Notes under the pieces: model-generated
Seen by the model: the letters and a program-made list of their open reading frames with translations, nothing else
Told to the model about the DNA's origin: nothing
Databases searched by the model: none
Position numbers and translations under genes: made by a program
In this document: piece by piece, positions 15,510-26,019 of the stretch
How positions within the stretch are numbered: position 1 is the stretch's first letter
Layout of the letters: every line of letters starts with the position of its first letter
Source of the DNA: Deltaproteobacteria bacterium
GTDB lineage: Bacteria > Desulfobacterota > WTBG01 > CAIYCZ01 > CAIRTM01
Length of the DNA stretch: 45,951 nucleotides
Reading direction: 5' to 3'
Assembly (NCBI GenBank): GCA_016932595.1
Contig: JAFGCP010000305.1
Span: 1-45,951, forward strand

Positions 15510-16730
15510 TTACTCCTTTAAATACGGCTGAATTATCTGCTTTCCTGTAATTGCGCCCCAAAACAAAGCAAGATTATCTTGTAACACCTGATCATCCGCT
15601 GCAGTAAGCTCTGCATACTCTCTTGCACGACGCCTATACTCAGCCCGCGCCTCATTATCCAAAGCCGCCTGTGCTTCTATAACAGCGCAAAAACGCTCCT
15701 GCGCTTCCAAGGGCAGATCCCACCCCACACCAAGAGACTCCAGGTTTCGCCATGGCGTCTTATCGCTGATCAAAACGGGTAAGCCCGCGGCAAGTGCTTC
15801 AAATATGACATGCCCATAATTTTCTCCCCTTGTCGGTAAAAAAAACAGCTCGTTCATGGAGAGAGTTTGAAGAACTTTATCGTGCGAAATTCTTCCATGA
15901 TAATGAACGACCACATGCGCAGGCAAATCTTTTATAAGCCTTTGACAGTGCTGCCAGTAAAGGATATCTTCAGCCACGCCATAAATATTAAAAATGACAG
16001 GAGCCTTGACTTGAGCAAGCACCCGCAAGGCATAATCAAGGTTCTTCATTTCACATATACGGGACAGAAAACAAACACGTAAAGCACCGCCCTGAGGTGA
16101 TTGCCCTCCATTTGGGATGCCCGATATTGAGACTCTGTCGCCCGGCATGTCAGGAGCAAGGACGATTGCAAGAACGATTCTCTTGGCTATTTCTCCCATG
16201 GCCCGGCGGATATCTGCGGCCTCATACTGGCTGGAAGCCTGCCAGGTAATGTCTTTATAAAGATTAACCGTATTTACAACGCCCAGATAGGGTTTCTTTT
16301 TCCAAGCCTTTAGCGCCAGCGCCCCTCGGGCAAGTGCTCCGCGAGGTGCAAGAATCGTCGGTCGCCTGGGGATAATCCCCAGCAACCGTGCCAGAAGCGG
16401 CATTTGAGTAAAAAACGGATCAAAGAAGCTGTTCAAATACAGCACATCATACGGAATCCCCCTGAGAAGACGCACCCAAAACAGCAGCGACCGCTTATCT
16501 GGCGAGCAGTACAACACTTTAGCCCTGCCGACCTGATTCCAGTCATCAACGACCACATCCGGATATGACCCCTTATCTTTAAAGTCTCTATCGGCTGTGA
16601 CGATGCGGAAATCGAAATCATCGCTGAGAACCGACACCATGTTCGCAACCGTTTGAACCGGGCCGCCTGCTTTAAACCCGGGCAGGTACCAGGGTATGGA
16701 AGTCAGTATTATTGGTTTAGGCATTGTCAC
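15510..16730 (-). CDS. Family-4 (GT-B fold) glycosyltransferase
   Basis: The C-terminal signature is FFLPTRGENYGHVIFEALAAGLPVLISD (the EX7E region). Confidence 0.8.
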   Translation of the reverse strand: MTMPKPIILTSIPWYLPGFKAGGPVQTVANMVSVLSDDFDFRIVTADRDFKDKGSYPDVVVDDWNQVGRAKVLYCSPDKRSLLFWVRLLRGIPYDVLYLNSFFDPFFTQMPLLARLLGIIPRRPTILAPRGALARGALALKAWKKKPYLGVVNTVNLYKDITWQASSQYEAADIRRAMGEIAKRIVLAIVLAPDMPGDRVSISGIPNGGQSPQGGALRVCFLSRICEMKNLDYALRVLAQVKAPVIFNIYGVAEDILYWQHCQRLIKDLPAHVVVHYHGRISHDKVLQTLSMNELFFLPTRGENYGHVIFEALAAGLPVLISDKTPWRNLESLGVGWDLPLEAQERFCAVIEAQAALDNEARAEYRRRAREYAELTAADDQVLQDNLALFWGAITGKQIIQPYLKE

Positions 16731-16860
16731 AGCTCAACATTCAGACCTCGTGGGCCGGCACTTTTCTCTGAATAGCAATAGGCGCCTGCGAAATCCTTGC
16801 CTGCTAAACTCAACCGGATTTCCAGCATCCCTGCTGCGCGTTTCGATCTTTTCATGCAGG

Positions 16861-17457
16861 TCACTCACAACATTCTTTCTCCACAAATTCACAAAGCACA
16901 TGATAGGCCAATTGCTGGACTTGCTGAATGTCGTACGACCTCTCCGCAGGAACACTAAAACATACATCGCAAAGCGGGCCAAGTTTACCGCCGCCCCTAC
17001 CGGTAAAACCAAGAACCGCTGCGCCAATACTTTTGGCCTTTCTGGCAGCTTCAAGGAGATTCGGGCTGTTGCCGCTGGTGCTCAGACACCACAAGACGTC
17101 GCCCGGCCGAACGTAAGCCCCAACCTGACGTGAAAATATCTGGTCAAAACCATAGTCGTTTCCGACAGCTGTGAGCACGGACGAGTCGACGCTCAGTGCT
17201 ATACAACGCAGCGCCCGCCGATCGCGCAGAAAACGGCCTGCCAGTTCGCCGGATATATGCTGCGCATCGGCGGCTGAGCCTCCGTTCCCGCAAACAAAAA
17301 CGGTCCCGCCGCTACTCAAACAATCAACCAGCATATGAGCGGCAACACCCAGAGCATCCCTCGCGGCAGAATCCAATTGAGAAAGGACCCCTATAAACCC
17401 ATGTATCCTTAGATCAATCAGGGCGTTAAATGCCTGTCTCTCCGTCTTCTTGTGCAT
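16861..17457 (-). CDS. gmhA: D-sedoheptulose-7-phosphate isomerase (SIS domain)
   Basis: The motif is VFVCGNGGSAADAQHISGELAGRF...SGNSPN. The protein is ~198 aa and lies next to hldE. Confidence 0.85.
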   Translation of the reverse strand: MHKKTERQAFNALIDLRIHGFIGVLSQLDSAARDALGVAAHMLVDCLSSGGTVFVCGNGGSAADAQHISGELAGRFLRDRRALRCIALSVDSSVLTAVGNDYGFDQIFSRQVGAYVRPGDVLWCLSTSGNSPNLLEAARKAKSIGAAVLGFTGRGGGKLGPLCDVCFSVPAERSYDIQQVQQLAYHVLCEFVEKECCE

Positions 17458-17675
17458 ATCCCTTTTCCCTCTGTATCATAAAAAATATTATGGCCGCAAT
17501 GCACATATCTGCCGCAGAAAGCTCTGAGTCTGCAGTGCAAGGACTTCAGGATGCGGCATACACAGCCTATCGACGTTGACCGGGCTGTCCTGGCCAAAAA
17601 AAACGGCTTTCTAAAACTGCTCAAACTGACAACTTTACTTGATACGGACAGATTTATGCTCTCTGCCGGGGCGCA

Positions 17676-19169
17676 TCATAACTGCTGTCTTGCCTCCCGG
17701 GAAAGGCTCTTCTCAACGCTTGTTGCCGCGGTACTTTCCTCCACGAAAGGAGCTATTAGCACTTTACCGCCGCACGACTCGACGAATTCACGTCCCACTA
17801 CATTACTGTCAGCCCCGGGCTCAGCTCCCTTAATAAGGACATCGGGCCGAATTGCTTTTACCAGATCAAAAACACTGGAATCATCAATCAGGACAATATA
17901 GTCGACAGCTTGAAGCGCGGCCAGCACGGCGGCTCTGTCGTTTTGCGTGTTGATTGGATATGGAGGGCCTTTTAATTGCCGAACCGAAAAATCGCTGTTC
18001 AGCCCGATGACAACCACTGCCCCCTGTTCCCTGCAAAAATTCAGATAACTGATATGCCCCCCCTGCAGCACATCATAACACCCGCTCGTAAAAACGATGG
18101 TTTCACTATGGCTGCGGTGCCATGCCAGAACCTGCAGCAGCAAATCCAAAGGCAGCACCTTGCCGGCTTTGCCCATGCTCAGCAAAACCCGTTCGTGGAC
18201 GATCTCGTCAATCGTAACAGTTGCGGTGCCAAACTTTCCGACAGCAATCCCGGCTGCCAAATTGGCAAGCTGCGCAGCTGCCAGCCAGCCCCAATGCGCA
18301 GCCAGCCCAACAGCTAATGCCGCCAGCACCACATCGCCTGCCCCGGTCACATCGTACACGCTTTTCGCCCGCGTAGGCACCAGCGCCGCCACATCAGCTG
18401 CCTTCACAAAGGCCCCGTCCCGGTCCAGCGTAATGATCACGGCGCCAAAATCAAATGCATGCAGAAAAAACTCCGCGGCCCGGCCAGCATCCTCCTTCGT
18501 ATCGATAGCGAAGCCAGCCGCCCGGGAGGCTTCAAACCGGTTCGGCGTGATCAGGCTTGCGCCACGGTACTGATCATAGTCGGCAGCAGCGTATGGATCC
18601 ACAAGCGTCGGCTTGTTCGCCTCGCGCGCCAGCACGATGAATGCCTGTGAAAGAGCCTTTGCAAGAACCCCCTTTCCGTAGTCCTGAAGGCATACCACAT
18701 CGGCTTCAGCAAGGCGATTCCTGTATGCGGCCACCAGCGCCTCCATGACCGGCGCCACAAGCGGCACATCACTCTCATCGTCGACTCGCATCAATTGCTG
18801 CTGGTGACGGTGCTGTGCGAGGCCCACTAGCCGCTGCTTGGTGATAGTCGATCGATCCTCCATACGAAGCAGCCCCGTGGTATCCGCCCCCATAGCCTGC
18901 AGCATCGCCACCAGCCGGTCGCCCCGGCTATCATCGCCGAGCACGCCAAGGCATACCGGTTTCGCACCAAGTGCCGACAGTGCCGCCGCTACCGATGCGG
19001 CGCCTCCGCAGCGATACTCCCTCTTGACAACTTTCAGAACCGGCACGGGAGCCTCCGGACTAATCCGCTCGGCGTTTCCATAAACATAGGCATCCAGCAT
19101 AAAATCGCCCACGAGGAGCACTTTCGGCGTGCCAAGGCTTATAATCTTATTGACCGTGATCTCGTCCAT
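17676..19169 (-). CDS. hldE: Bifunctional D-beta-D-heptose-7-phosphate kinase / heptose-1-phosphate adenylyltransferase
   Basis: The N-terminal half is pfkB/ribokinase-like (VYDVTGAGDV). The C-terminal half is a cytidylyltransferase-like domain (FTSGCYDVLQGGHISYL). The protein is ~497 aa. Confidence 0.85.
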   Translation of the reverse strand: MDEITVNKIISLGTPKVLLVGDFMLDAYVYGNAERISPEAPVPVLKVVKREYRCGGAASVAAALSALGAKPVCLGVLGDDSRGDRLVAMLQAMGADTTGLLRMEDRSTITKQRLVGLAQHRHQQQLMRVDDESDVPLVAPVMEALVAAYRNRLAEADVVCLQDYGKGVLAKALSQAFIVLAREANKPTLVDPYAAADYDQYRGASLITPNRFEASRAAGFAIDTKEDAGRAAEFFLHAFDFGAVIITLDRDGAFVKAADVAALVPTRAKSVYDVTGAGDVVLAALAVGLAAHWGWLAAAQLANLAAGIAVGKFGTATVTIDEIVHERVLLSMGKAGKVLPLDLLLQVLAWHRSHSETIVFTSGCYDVLQGGHISYLNFCREQGAVVVIGLNSDFSVRQLKGPPYPINTQNDRAAVLAALQAVDYIVLIDDSSVFDLVKAIRPDVLIKGAEPGADSNVVGREFVESCGGKVLIAPFVEESTAATSVEKSLSREARQQL

Positions 19170-19199
19170 ATATTAATTCCGCGAATCGTTTGCGCTTAT

Positions 19200-20276
19200 T
19201 TAGACTTTTCTCCCAGCTTCTTCTTCAATAATCGTCCGGCAGGCTTGGAACACCGGTTCAACAGAAATGGAAAGAATGCATTTCATATGTTGAGCAGCAC
19301 ACTCCTCAAGCATGCATCCCTCACAAGGGAGCGGGGTCCGAAAAACAATATGGCCGCTGCCGTAAGGCTCCCACAGGCCCGGATAGTCGCGAGAGGAATA
19401 CACGCCGACACAGCGGACTCCTGCTGCCGCTGCCATGTGTATGGTGCCCGTGTCATTTCCGACAAAAAGACTGCACCGCGAGAGCGCCTCTATAGCCGCC
19501 CGTATCCCCAGTGCCCCGCAGGCCACGTAACCGCGCTTCCAGTGCCCGACAAGCTTATGCCCGTCGGCCAGGCTTTCCGGCCCCCCGAATACCACAGGCC
19601 AGACATCACAGGTCTCGATAAGACGATCGACCAAACGCTCATATCTTTCAAGCGGCCATATTTTAACGGCCATTTTACCGCCGATGCCGACGCCGATCCA
19701 CTTTCGCCCCCTGGACGACGGAAGCTCCGCCAGCCAGCGCTCAACCTCATCGCATTCATGTGCGCCGATACGCAAATGCCTTTTGCCGTCGCCGTCAAGC
19801 GATACTTCCATGCCGGAAGCGGCAAGTCTGCTCAAAAAAATATCGGTTACATGCGGCATACGAGGCAGTACAGACCCGGATGAAATCTCATACGGATTTG
19901 CCCCTCCCTGCAAACAAAAAAACCGCTTGATGCCAGCCAATTTAAAATAAAGCTTATCGCGAAACAGCCTCCGACCGCCATGAGTAATGCGTATCAGGTA
20001 GATGAGACCGTCAAACTTCTCATGCCGTAAGCGAAGCAACAGTCGAACAAGCGACAGTTGGCTGCCGGCACTATAAAGAATGTAGTCATCAATCAGACCG
20101 GAACCATTAAGGATATCGTTCGCCTGAACCAGTCGCCGCCCCGGCTGATCATCTGTCATCATCGTGATATACGCCTGCGGATAATTCATGCGAACTACAC
20201 GAAGAGCCGGTATGGCTACCAGAGTGTCGCCAAGCGATCCGATATGATAAATGAGTATTTTCTGCATATTGTCCAT
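19200..20276 (-). CDS. Family-9 glycosyltransferase (heptosyltransferase-like)
   Basis: The N-terminal motif is ILIYHIGSLGDTLVAIPALRVV and the C-terminal motif is VGNDTGTIHMAAA. Confidence 0.8.
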   Translation of the reverse strand: MDNMQKILIYHIGSLGDTLVAIPALRVVRMNYPQAYITMMTDDQPGRRLVQANDILNGSGLIDDYILYSAGSQLSLVRLLLRLRHEKFDGLIYLIRITHGGRRLFRDKLYFKLAGIKRFFCLQGGANPYEISSGSVLPRMPHVTDIFLSRLAASGMEVSLDGDGKRHLRIGAHECDEVERWLAELPSSRGRKWIGVGIGGKMAVKIWPLERYERLVDRLIETCDVWPVVFGGPESLADGHKLVGHWKRGYVACGALGIRAAIEALSRCSLFVGNDTGTIHMAAAAGVRCVGVYSSRDYPGLWEPYGSGHIVFRTPLPCEGCMLEECAAQHMKCILSISVEPVFQACRTIIEEEAGRKV

Positions 20277-20590
20277 GTTCGTCGCACTTGATAAAATAAA
20301 GCGGAGTCACGACCGTTTTCGCTGATACTACCCAACCATAGCAGCGGCAAATGATAGCCCCCCGTGTAGTGTTGGCCGTTGCCAGCCAGCCCGTCCATTA
20401 TGAACCCCTGCACATAAAGCTCAGGCTACACCTGATATTGCCGAAGCTGTTCACAACCGTTTAATTGTCTCAATCACCAGCTGCTGATTGAGAGCTCCTC
20501 TGTGGATCTGTGCAACATGACTCCGGTTATGGTTGCCTACAGAAGGAACCAAATCGTAAAAGCGCCGTTTTCAGCGAAAAAACACACTTC

Positions 20591-20637
20591 AAATAAAAAG
20601 CACCCTCCAGACCTGGTGCAATCATTGCTTGCACCAG
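20591..20637 (-). terminator. Candidate terminator after the polymerase-like gene (two overlapping hairpins)
   Basis: On the minus strand, CTGGTGCAA-N7-TTGCACCAG overlaps GCACC-N10-GGTGC, and TTTTTATTT follows. Confidence 0.35.
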
Positions 20638-20646
20638 CACGCCAGC

Positions 20647-22167
20647 CTACACCTTGCCGCGAAGGATTACTCTATTAATAAAAAACAATACCGCTATCGG
20701 GATAATATATCCTCTAAGATTAGCAAGCCAATGTCCGAATGCTCCCTCAACAGTAATGCCGAGTATTATGCAAAATGGGGTCAAAGGATGGCTGTGCAAG
20801 CGGTCTGGCGTGAGTAGCCAGACACAGAACAGGGGCCAGAAAATACCGAGTATCCCAAACGATAAAACACCGCCGAACCATCCGAAATTACCAACACATT
20901 CAAAGGGAATGGTCATTGATATGTTTGTGACGGTTTGATATCTACTCGTGACACCGATGTCTGCACCAACCGTCCGCGCAAAAAAATTCCCGATATTCAT
21001 GTTTCGTTTTTCTGGCAGGATGGCTCGCGGAACAACTATCTCTAAACCCCACAGTATTGTTTCACCACCCCACTCCCCTTCCAAAAGGCTATTCCGCCGC
21101 GTCATCTCTGCAGCCAGCGGAGCGATGCCTCGAAAAAGCACTGAAACATCTATCTCCCGGTCAATGTTCGGCAGAAACAGTTCGGGATTTTGAAGCACAT
21201 CACGAAACACTTCAGTTCGCTCCCATGAAGTCTGTACTTTAGAAAGTGCGGCTTTATGCCTGCCATAACTCACATAAGGCGCAATGACTAATACAAAAAG
21301 CGTAACGGCAACAATGATGACCGCCCAGGGAGGGTGCTGAAACCGTGACATATAGGCAATAACATAGTAGGCGCACAAAAAGGCGATTGGGCCTTTCCAA
21401 CCGCCATACAGAGCGAATAAAAATGTCTGAAATACTGTATAGACCAGCAGGATTTTGACAATGAAAGGAATAGTTTTCCATGGCTCAGTCAGATAAACCA
21501 TGAGTGAGGATTTCAGCAGGGGGTTTATCAGAGCCACAGCCGCAATCACGCCGATCCACCAAATCGTCGTCTTGGAGCCTCCTAAAATGGACGTTTCCTC
21601 ACGTCCTATGATCCCCATGTTTGCCAAAAATAAAAGCATCCAATCAGCAATAAATGTTACGGCCATATAGATAACAAGAGCTTTGGTGGAAAAATTGTCT
21701 CCGGCGGGCAGTAGAAACCGGGCAGACCAACCCGTTCCGGAAAACCACCGAAGTGTTGCCCTCGCAAAAACGGCATAGATGATCACACCAAACGACAAAA
21801 GCCACAGCGATTCCATGGCAGCCACCTGCACTTCCAGTGCCTGCTTATTAAAACCGGCTAATACTTTAAAGGCTGAGATGGCAGCCGGGCCAATGCCCAG
21901 CCACCAGTAAAACATTAACACAAAGGCCTGAATCGGGTTGATCAGCGGTCGATCTGCAAGAAACGATAGCGCTATAAAGACGCTGAAGCCCAGCACAACC
22001 TGCCCCAGTATATAGGTCTCCGGGGCTCCTGTTATAAGTCCGATCACCACAGCAACAAACACGGGCCCCGCTACCGATAACCGAAACCAGCCAGAGAGAA
22101 ACCAATCGCAATACACCGAAGGCCTGCGGTACCGTGTTCTGCCGTTAACTGTCGTTATAGAATGCAT
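20647..22167 (-). CDS. Polytopic membrane protein, putative Wzy-type repeat-unit polymerase
   Basis: It has more than 10 hydrophobic segments and sits inside the glycosyltransferase block. The ORF extends to 22239, but the Met at 22167 avoids a 56-nt overlap with the upstream gene. I recognise no diagnostic motif. Confidence 0.5.
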   Translation of the reverse strand: MHSITTVNGRTRYRRPSVYCDWFLSGWFRLSVAGPVFVAVVIGLITGAPETYILGQVVLGFSVFIALSFLADRPLINPIQAFVLMFYWWLGIGPAAISAFKVLAGFNKQALEVQVAAMESLWLLSFGVIIYAVFARATLRWFSGTGWSARFLLPAGDNFSTKALVIYMAVTFIADWMLLFLANMGIIGREETSILGGSKTTIWWIGVIAAVALINPLLKSSLMVYLTEPWKTIPFIVKILLVYTVFQTFLFALYGGWKGPIAFLCAYYVIAYMSRFQHPPWAVIIVAVTLFVLVIAPYVSYGRHKAALSKVQTSWERTEVFRDVLQNPELFLPNIDREIDVSVLFRGIAPLAAEMTRRNSLLEGEWGGETILWGLEIVVPRAILPEKRNMNIGNFFARTVGADIGVTSRYQTVTNISMTIPFECVGNFGWFGGVLSFGILGIFWPLFCVWLLTPDRLHSHPLTPFCIILGITVEGAFGHWLANLRGYIIPIAVLFFINRVILRGKV

Positions 22168-22183
22168 GCTCTTAACATCGCTT

Positions 22184-23137
22184 TCAGTTGGCTTTTTTCC
22201 CTTCAGGTTCAATTGTTGCAAGAAACATCTTCCAGCCAAGGCGCATCTTGAAAATCGCTGATGAACGCTTGTCAGGCGGACTGACCGCTGCCATGATTAC
22301 TCTACGCATCAGATTTACTGCATAAACGAAAAAGGTCAAAAAACGGAAAACACAGTATCGTACAAATCCTGAGTTTTTCCAAAAATAGTACCTGTTCTGG
22401 CGTAGACATTGCAGCTTAAATGAAATCTCCTGTTCAGGCAATCGTGCTTTGGGAGACCCTCCCAGAAAATGCGTCACTACCGCTGCAGGAACCAACCATG
22501 TCTCCCATCCCGAACGGGAGACGGCCAACCCCCAGTCTGCATCTTCATTATAAAAATGATATGTCTCGTCAAAAAGCCCCACCTCAGGGAACACAACCCT
22601 GCGAATCATCAAGACAGCCCCGGTAAGCCAACCGTCGCTGATACGATGGCTCTGAGAATAAGGAAAGACATCAGGATGATACTTATCGCGCACCAGCCAA
22701 CTAATTCGGGCACGGTTCGATACAAGACGATGAAAAAACATAGGGTGGATATCGATGGACCGCTGGACGGTCTTGTCGGCATTCAACAAAAGCGGACCGC
22801 AAACGGCAGCTCGGGGGTGCTCCTGCATGAAGTCGTGCATCAGGCCGATGGCGTTATTCTCCAGAACAGTGTCGGAGTTGAGCAACAAAACGTATTCGCC
22901 CCCGGCCATCAGGATAGCCTGGTTATTGGCTTTAGCAAAGCCCTGGTTCTCGCTATTCTTGATTAGGCGAACCGTGGGGAACTCCTGCGCCACCATCTCG
23001 CAGCTGCCATCGCCTGATGCGTTATCAACGACGAAAACATCGTAGTCGATGCCAATGGTCTTCTCCTGCACGCTGGCAAGACAGTTGCGCAGAAGTGCAC
23101 AGGTATTATAACTTACGATAATAACGGATACGCCCAT
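22184..23137 (-). CDS. Family-2 glycosyltransferase
   Basis: The motif is VSVIIVSYNTCALLRNCLASV...VVDNASGDGS...LLNSD. The ORF extends to a GTG at 23191, but the ATG at 23137 gives the canonical GT2 N-terminus. Confidence 0.8.
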   Translation of the reverse strand: MGVSVIIVSYNTCALLRNCLASVQEKTIGIDYDVFVVDNASGDGSCEMVAQEFPTVRLIKNSENQGFAKANNQAILMAGGEYVLLLNSDTVLENNAIGLMHDFMQEHPRAAVCGPLLLNADKTVQRSIDIHPMFFHRLVSNRARISWLVRDKYHPDVFPYSQSHRISDGWLTGAVLMIRRVVFPEVGLFDETYHFYNEDADWGLAVSRSGWETWLVPAAVVTHFLGGSPKARLPEQEISFKLQCLRQNRYYFWKNSGFVRYCVFRFLTFFVYAVNLMRRVIMAAVSPPDKRSSAIFKMRLGWKMFLATIEPEGKKAN

Positions 23138-23305
23138 AATGCTTTTGATGTTCCTTGAACAAAATATTTCCTGCATGCCATGCTTGAACACAGATCGGTT
23201 GCCTAGAAATATCCATATGACAACCTCGCGAAGTCAGCCCGCTTCTGTGTTTCGCAGCCAATCAAGACAAGCCGCCATACAGGCTATGGAGCCGTCTTTT
23301 ATTTT

Positions 23306-23340
23306 AATAAAAAAACAATGCCAGCCAGCCATACATTGTT
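23306..23340 (-). terminator. Candidate intrinsic terminator (AT-rich stem)
   Basis: On the minus strand, AACAATG-N13-CATTGTT is followed by TTTTTTATT. It lies ~100 nt downstream of the stop codon at 23440. Confidence 0.35.
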
Positions 23341-23439
23341 TTATACCCTCAGCACATAAAAACATTTTACTCTTTTTGCATATAATTACCATTTAATATA
23401 AAAGCTCCAGAAACCGCCGGGAACGGACAGCGAAAATTG

Positions 23440-24642
23440 TCAGCCTCGCAGCAGCGTCATCTCCTCAATACGTGCCAGCGCTTCTTGCGCTTTTAATTCA
23501 TAGCATAGATCCGAGCGAAAAACCCTCACCGCGTTCTGCCTGCACTGCCTCAGCCGGGCGCTATCAAACATAAAACTCTCCAGCACTGCTGTCAGCGCCT
23601 CCGGAGTGTCGTCGGAGGCGTAGTCACCAACACCGTAATGATCAATCAAATCAACGAGACTGGGATTGCTGGATGCGACCACAGGAAGACCGACCGAGAC
23701 ATACTCAAAAAACTTGGCGGGTGCGCAATACCGCTGGTTGAATGATTTCTCCACAGAGACAGGGTAGTACACCAGCCCTGCATCAGCTTCTGCGATGCAG
23801 GATAGGAGCTGGAATCGAGGAACCGATGATAGTATGCGGGTCATGCGCCGGCCCAGCACCGCCTCCACCCTGCTGCGAAAATGCGCCACTGCCTGGTCCT
23901 CCGCATTGCAGAATGCAAGAAAACAAACCGGATTGGAAAGACAACTCAATGCCGATATGACCGCCTCCATACCCGTTCCAGCATGAATACCACCGGCGTA
24001 AACCAGCACCGGTACACCAGTCGGGAACACAGCGCCAGCAAGTGCCGCAAGTGACCCTCTGGGCGCTGGTGGTGGCACCTCGGAATGTGGCAGGGTGTTT
24101 GGTATCACCAGCGGCTGCTTGGTAAGTCGATAGCGATATTGTCTGGCAGCGGCCCGGTGGGATTCTACATCCAACACAAGGTCTGGCCTGTCGGCATATC
24201 GCTCATATCTTTTCAGGACACGAGTAAACCTTGGTTGTTCCTCAACCGTAAGGTACTCCATACAATAATTAACAAAAGGACGTGTTGGAAAAAGATATTT
24301 AACTAACACCCCGACAAGAAAAAACGCCTCCCCTTCAAAGACCAGAACATCACTGGAAAAAAGAAAGCGAAGCGCCAAATCCATATGGCAAAGCCAAGAC
24401 CGAAGGCGGGGGATTCGCCAGTAAGCTCGCGAGAAAAACGAATGCACACAAAAGGGCCTACCTGCAACCTCCGACAGCATGCCTAGGGGTATAGGTGCGA
24501 ATAGCTCAACAGAAACCCCACGGTCAGCCAGAGCCTGGCATAAATAAATTATAGCCCCATAAGCGCGTAGAGGATTATGTGATGACACCACACACACGCG
24601 CCTTCGGGAAAGCCCCTTATTGCCGCTAAAAAAATGAAGCAT
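23440..24642 (-). CDS. GT-B fold glycosyltransferase (family 1/4-like)
   Basis: The C-terminal region PAKFFEYVSVGLPVVASSNPSLVDLI resembles the GT1/GT4 donor-binding region. Confidence 0.6.
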   Translation of the reverse strand: MLHFFSGNKGLSRRRVCVVSSHNPLRAYGAIIYLCQALADRGVSVELFAPIPLGMLSEVAGRPFCVHSFFSRAYWRIPRLRSWLCHMDLALRFLFSSDVLVFEGEAFFLVGVLVKYLFPTRPFVNYCMEYLTVEEQPRFTRVLKRYERYADRPDLVLDVESHRAAARQYRYRLTKQPLVIPNTLPHSEVPPPAPRGSLAALAGAVFPTGVPVLVYAGGIHAGTGMEAVISALSCLSNPVCFLAFCNAEDQAVAHFRSRVEAVLGRRMTRILSSVPRFQLLSCIAEADAGLVYYPVSVEKSFNQRYCAPAKFFEYVSVGLPVVASSNPSLVDLIDHYGVGDYASDDTPEALTAVLESFMFDSARLRQCRQNAVRVFRSDLCYELKAQEALARIEEMTLLRG

Positions 24643-24677
24643 CAGTCAATCTATCTCCGGGTTGCACGTCTGTTCCC

Positions 24678-25676
24678 CTACGGTGAGATGCTGCGAATCG
24701 GATGCAGGCCAACCCTGTGAACCATTCTAGCAAGACCAAACCGCAGCCAGGCAGGGGTGGCGCGCATCATGGGCTGCAGGGCGAGCACATTTACAACGAA
24801 GCGCCAATCAAAAAACAACCTCCATCCGCACAACCTGCGTAAAACCTTATCGCGTCCATACCAGTTTCTTGTGGAAACACCACTGCCGCCCAAGAAAAGA
24901 GCAACCGAACGGAAAAAGGGCAGGAGCTCCTTAATGTCCAGTTTGTCTTGTCTGATCTCAAAGCAGCGAATCAGCAGATTCGAAAACAGATCAACAAGAC
25001 AGTAATTCGGCGCATTCTCATCAGTCGCGACAACAAGGGGAATGCTGTCATAGAGAAAGGTTCCGCGCTTTCCAGCCATAGCATCCAAAAGCACAGCAAG
25101 ATGCATAAACGCCAGCCCTTCGAACTTAAAAAAAGAACCGGGGTCAGGAACAGTCCTCCTGAAAGTTATGGTAGACATAAATGTCACGTGATGGCCAACA
25201 TAGGCCAACAATGCTTCAATTCGGTCGAATGAGGCAGACTCTTTAGGCAGCGCCTGGAAAAAAGTATCAGTACGACAGTAGCGAATGTGATAATTCGATA
25301 TGACGGCATCAGGCTTCCCTGTGGCAAGAAGAGCTACTAAATGATCAAAAGCGTCCGCATCTGGCAGATCGTCATCAGCCGTGAAGTGGATGTACTCTCC
25401 TGTTGCCATGGACATGCAGTCAAGCACATTCCGGCTAAAGCCCCTATTCGTCTCATTGAGCCGCAGTCGAATCTGCGGATAAACTTTCTGGACTTGCATG
25501 AGATATTCGCCAGTGCCATCGGAAGACCCGTTATCGCTTATTGCTAGCTCAACCTGGTCTTTCCCAATGCACCAGGGAAGGATCACCGCAAGTGTCTTCT
25601 CCAGATTCCTGATCCGGTTGTACGTAGGCATACAGATGGTCAGCAGCGGTAGGGGCATCTTGTCCGAGCAAGTCAT
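24678..25676 (-). CDS. Family-2 glycosyltransferase
   Basis: The motif is LLTICMPTYNRIRNLEKTL...AISDNGSSDGT...FTADDD. Confidence 0.8.
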   Translation of the reverse strand: MTCSDKMPLPLLTICMPTYNRIRNLEKTLAVILPWCIGKDQVELAISDNGSSDGTGEYLMQVQKVYPQIRLRLNETNRGFSRNVLDCMSMATGEYIHFTADDDLPDADAFDHLVALLATGKPDAVISNYHIRYCRTDTFFQALPKESASFDRIEALLAYVGHHVTFMSTITFRRTVPDPGSFFKFEGLAFMHLAVLLDAMAGKRGTFLYDSIPLVVATDENAPNYCLVDLFSNLLIRCFEIRQDKLDIKELLPFFRSVALFLGGSGVSTRNWYGRDKVLRRLCGWRLFFDWRFVVNVLALQPMMRATPAWLRFGLARMVHRVGLHPIRSISP

Positions 25677-26019
25677 CGTAAAACCTCCGTGTTAGTTACC
25701 TCGGCATCTTGATACGCTAAAAATTCCATCACCCATTTTGCAGTAATTGTGACCAAAGGTTTCCACCATATCAAAAAATGCTGTCATCTATAAAGCCTCA
25801 ACGGTTGCGCCCAAGCACAAAAACATGCATTCTTTTTCCCCATCAAGAAACAACAGACTGCGGCTTACACTTTCAAGGCCTGCAGTCCTCGGTCACATCC
25901 GTCTAACATTCTTTTTTATTTCCTCTGCGGGCCATTACTCTTGCACCTTGAAAATCCATACCCACAGCGCTTCGGCATGAACCATTCTAGGTTAACGTAT
26001 TAACAGAAACAATAAATTT

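Noticed and set aside
24720-25991. Shared 12-mer GAACCATTCTAG at ~24720 and ~25980 as a repeat
   Set aside because: Dozens of chance 12-mer coincidences are expected in 46 kb, and the match does not extend on either side.
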